NCBI GenBank assembly: GCA_965218975.1
Contig: OZ244717.1
Span: 704,001-768,000 of the forward strand
Direction: 5' to 3'
Source: Candidatus Oxydemutatoraceae bacterium
Lineage (GTDB): Bacteria; Pseudomonadota; Gammaproteobacteria; Poriferisulfidales; Oxydemutatoraceae
Length of the DNA: 64,000 bases
Part shown: positions 61,091 to 64,000 of the stretch, in pieces
Layout of the letters: each line of letters starts with the position of its first letter
Numbering within the stretch: position 1 is the first letter of the stretch
Notes under the pieces: generated by a model
Database searches by the model: none
What the model was told of the DNA's origin: nothing
The model's input: the letters and a program-made list of their open reading frames with translations, nothing else
Position numbers and translations under genes: made by a program

Positions 61091-61729
61091 ATGACTTCCA
61101 TCGGGATTATAGATTACGGTATGAGCAATCTGCGTTCAGTATATCAAGCGCTGACGGCAGTGGCGCCGAACGGGGTGCATGTTGAGATGGTAAACGATGC
61201 GGCAGGGATTCGTTGCGCGGACAAAATCGTGTTCCCCGGGCAAGGTGCGGCGCAAGACTGCATCCGTGCGCTGATGCGACGTCAGATGACGGATGCGTTG
61301 CGCGAGGCGGTGCGTGAAAAGCCTTTTTTAGGCATTTGTATGGGGCTGCAGATATTGCTTGAGCGTAGCGATGAAAACGATGGCACCGTCTGTCTAGGTG
61401 TATTTGCCGGCGTAGCAAGGCATCTTGCCGAACATCACCCGGCAGCGCCGAACCATAAAATTCCGCACATGGGTTGGAATCAGGTTGCGCAAGTGAAATC
61501 ACATCCTTTATGGTGGAGAATTGAGGATGCCGCCTATTTTTATTTTGTGCATAGTTATTATGCCGCGCCCGATTCTTCCGATATTGTTGCGGGCGTAACT
61601 AGTTACGGCGAACCGTTCGTTTGTGCGGTCGCCGATCAATTTGTTTTTGCAGTGCAATTTCATCCGGAGAAAAGCGCTGATAACGGAATACGTCTGCTTA
61701 AAAATTTTTCACGGTGGAACGGTGATTAA
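61091..61729 (+). CDS. hisH: Imidazole glycerol phosphate synthase glutaminase subunit
   Basis: IDYG..NL, GICMG, PHMGWN, YFVHSY, QFHPEKS. Confidence 0.96.
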   Translation: MTSIGIIDYGMSNLRSVYQALTAVAPNGVHVEMVNDAAGIRCADKIVFPGQGAAQDCIRALMRRQMTDALREAVREKPFLGICMGLQILLERSDENDGTVCLGVFAGVARHLAEHHPAAPNHKIPHMGWNQVAQVKSHPLWWRIEDAAYFYFVHSYYAAPDSSDIVAGVTSYGEPFVCAVADQFVFAVQFHPEKSADNGIRLLKNFSRWNGD

Positions 61730-61730
61730 A

Positions 61731-62471
61731 ATGTTAATTATTCCTGCGATTGACTTGAAAGGCGGCAACTGTGTGCGTTTGCGTCAAGGAAAAATGGAAG
61801 AAGAGACTGTTTTTTCGGAGGATCCGATCGGTATGGTTGAGCGATGGGTTCGGGCGAGCGCACGACGTTTACATATTGTTGACCTTGAGGGCGCGCGCGA
61901 TGGGAAGCCGGCGCATGCCGAGATTATTTCTGAGATTGCAAGTCGTTTTCCCGACCTTGTGATTGAAGCCGGCGGCGGGATACGTGATGAAGACACAGTG
62001 CAGTTTTATCTCGATGCCGGTGTGCAGTTTGTTGTTTTAGGCACGCGGGCGGTAACACAACCGCATTTTGTGAAAGACTTATGCCTAGAGTTTCCCAGTC
62101 ATATTATTGTCGGTCTGGATATGCGTAACGGAAAGGTTGCAACTGCCGGGTGGTCGAAAATGACCCATCATGATGTGGTTGACATGGCAAAACACTTTGA
62201 AGATGACGGCGTCTGTGCAATTATTTTTACGGATATTGACCGCGACGGGATGTTGACTGGGGTCAATGTTGAGTTTACCAAGAAGGTTGCTTCGGCGGTC
62301 AATATTCCGGTGATTGCGTCAGGCGGCGTCGGTTCGCTTGATGACATTAAAGCGGTTTGCAATATACGTGAAGAGGGAATTGTCGGCATCATCGTCGGGC
62401 GCGCCCTCTATGATGGTGCGGTGGACTTCAAAGCGGCGCAGGAGTTGGCGAACAGTTTTAGCGGCGGATAG
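61731..62471 (+). CDS. hisA: ProFAR isomerase
   Basis: [35 protein letters not shown]. Confidence 0.96.
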   Translation: MLIIPAIDLKGGNCVRLRQGKMEEETVFSEDPIGMVERWVRASARRLHIVDLEGARDGKPAHAEIISEIASRFPDLVIEAGGGIRDEDTVQFYLDAGVQFVVLGTRAVTQPHFVKDLCLEFPSHIIVGLDMRNGKVATAGWSKMTHHDVVDMAKHFEDDGVCAIIFTDIDRDGMLTGVNVEFTKKVASAVNIPVIASGGVGSLDDIKAVCNIREEGIVGIIVGRALYDGAVDFKAAQELANSFSGG

Positions 62472-62475
62472 TGAT

Positions 62476-63243
62476 ATGCCGCTTGCCAAGCGCATTATTC
62501 CATGTTTGGATGTGGACGCCGGCAGAGTCGTCAAAGGGATTCGTTTCGTTGATATTTGCGATGCCGGCGATCCGATTGAGGTGGCCAAGCGTTACAACCG
62601 AGAAGGTGCGGACGAGGTCGCATTTTTGGACATCACCGCAAGTTCCGATAATCGCGCGACCATTGTTGACCTTGTTGAGCGAGTGGCGGCGGAGATTTTT
62701 ATTCCACTCACTGTCGGCGGAGGGATTCGCAAATTGGATGATGTACGGGTTCTCCTCAATGCTGGCGCCGATAAAGTAGCGATTAATACCGCCGCAGTTT
62801 TTGACCCTGATTTTATTCGTCATGCGGCGGATAAGTTCGGGTCGCAATGTATCACAGTGGCGATTGATGCCAAGCAAACCAGCGAGCATCCGATGCGGTG
62901 GGAAGTTTACACGCATGGCGGACGACGATCGTCGGGTAAAGATGCGGTAACATGGGCACGGCAAATGGCGCAATTCGGCGCCGGTGAGATTTTGCTGACG
63001 AGCATGGACCGCGACGGCACTAAAATCGGGTTTGATCTGGCGCTGACGCGTACGATATGTGCTGCGGTTTCTATTCCGCTCATCGCTTCCGGCGGGGTCG
63101 GCACATTGGAACACCTCTATGACGGGTTAGTTGAAGGAACCGCCGATGCGGTCTTGGCAGCAAGCATCTTTCATTTTCAGGAATATACTATCCGTCAGGC
63201 TAAGGAGTACTTACACCAACGCGGGGTCGCCGTGCGCCTGTGA
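62476..63243 (+). CDS. hisF: Imidazole glycerol phosphate synthase cyclase subunit
   Basis: [34 protein letters not shown]. Confidence 0.97.
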   Translation: MPLAKRIIPCLDVDAGRVVKGIRFVDICDAGDPIEVAKRYNREGADEVAFLDITASSDNRATIVDLVERVAAEIFIPLTVGGGIRKLDDVRVLLNAGADKVAINTAAVFDPDFIRHAADKFGSQCITVAIDAKQTSEHPMRWEVYTHGGRRSSGKDAVTWARQMAQFGAGEILLTSMDRDGTKIGFDLALTRTICAAVSIPLIASGGVGTLEHLYDGLVEGTADAVLAASIFHFQEYTIRQAKEYLHQRGVAVRL

Positions 63244-63293
63244 GTGTGCGCTTGGGGTTATAATGGAGACGTTCGGTTTGAGGGAGAGGTTTT

Positions 63294-63617
63294 ATGCAAA
63301 ATTCCGGTATTCTTGAAAAAATCGCCATGGTGTTGGATGCACGTAAATCTGAGACAGCAGAAAAGTCTTATGCCGCATATCTGTATCAACAGGGGCGCGA
63401 GGCTATTCTTGATAAAGTGAACGAGGAAGCTGGAGAGATGTGTGTGGCGGCACGTCAAGACGACAAACAGAATCTGGTGCATGAAGTTGCCGATCTGTGG
63501 TTTCACTGCATGGTTTTGCTTGCGCATCGGAATATTCGTCTGCAAGAAGTGTTTACCGAACTAGAGCGTCGTTTTGGAACTTCGGGGCATGCGGAGAAAC
63601 GTCGGCGGAACAAATGA
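63294..63617 (+). CDS. hisE: Phosphoribosyl-ATP diphosphatase
   Basis: SY.A.L, KVNEEAGE, EVADLWFH, RRFGTSG. Confidence 0.93.
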   Translation: MQNSGILEKIAMVLDARKSETAEKSYAAYLYQQGREAILDKVNEEAGEMCVAARQDDKQNLVHEVADLWFHCMVLLAHRNIRLQEVFTELERRFGTSGHAEKRRRNK

Positions 63618-63666
63618 CGGATGGCGAAGCGTCCGTTATAAAATCTAACAAGAGAGGTGGAGAAAT

Positions 63667-63861
63667 ATGTCGTGGGGACCCTTGCAAATATTAGTTGTAC
63701 TGGCAATTGTTTTGCTGCTGTTCGGAACAAAAAAGTTGCGTAATCTTGGTTCTGATTTGGGTAGCGCCATCAAAGGATTTAAAAAATCCATGAACCAAGA
63801 CGAGGAGAAAGAGACAGCGGCGACAAAACGCAACCCTGTCAACGAAGACGACAAAAACTGA
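63667..63861 (+). CDS. tatA: Twin-arginine translocase TatA
   Basis: [25 protein letters not shown]. Confidence 0.95.
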   Translation: MSWGPLQILVVLAIVLLLFGTKKLRNLGSDLGSAIKGFKKSMNQDEEKETAATKRNPVNEDDKN

Positions 63862-63870
63862 AAATAAGTT

Positions 63871-64000
63871 ATGGCAGATTTCGGCTTTTGGGAGTTTATG
63901 CTGGTCATGCTCATCGCTTTGCTTATCGTAGGCCCCGATCGTTTACCGCGTCTGGCGGCGGAGACTGGGAAATGGGTCGGTAAGATCAGACGACTGGCAG
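63871..64000 (+). CDS. tatB: Twin-arginine translocase TatB (partial, runs off window)
   Basis: MADFGFWEFMLVMLIALLIVGPDRLPRLA... Confidence 0.9.
   Translation, partial: MADFGFWEFMLVMLIALLIVGPDRLPRLAAETGKWVGKIRRLA

Overview
Proteobacterial chromosome segment, probably a host-associated (e.g. sponge-type) gamma/beta-proteobacterium. That assignment is inferred only from gene order and the load of eukaryote-like domains. Two housekeeping blocks are present. Left: xth-ampG-engB-cytochrome c4-dsbA-DUF3426-gmk. Right: DUF4390-ntrY-ntrX-trkA-trkH-lpxL, a bufferin-type DUF2282/DUF692/DUF2063 cluster, hisBHAFE and tatAB. They flank a ~43 kb accessory region with two giant paralogous surface proteins: 7,842 aa, and about 4,700 aa with frameshifts in a 348-bp repeat array. 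These are built from VLR-like 24-aa LRR blocks, FN3, PKD-like, beta-propeller, cadherin and Calx-beta modules and end in a GlyGly-CTERM-type anchor. The region is littered with decayed IS481-like elements. The most unusual signal is a 98-nt multi-hairpin element ('B': 11 full copies plus 1 partial) found only inside IS481 remnants. It always ends at the same 3' point (GTCTCAY followed by CCTG/CCATG), has variable 5' junctions carrying a piece of transposase sequence, appears to replace short stretches of the target, forms 197-bp concatemers, and lies just upstream of both giant adhesin genes. Family assignments come from motif recognition only; no searches were run.
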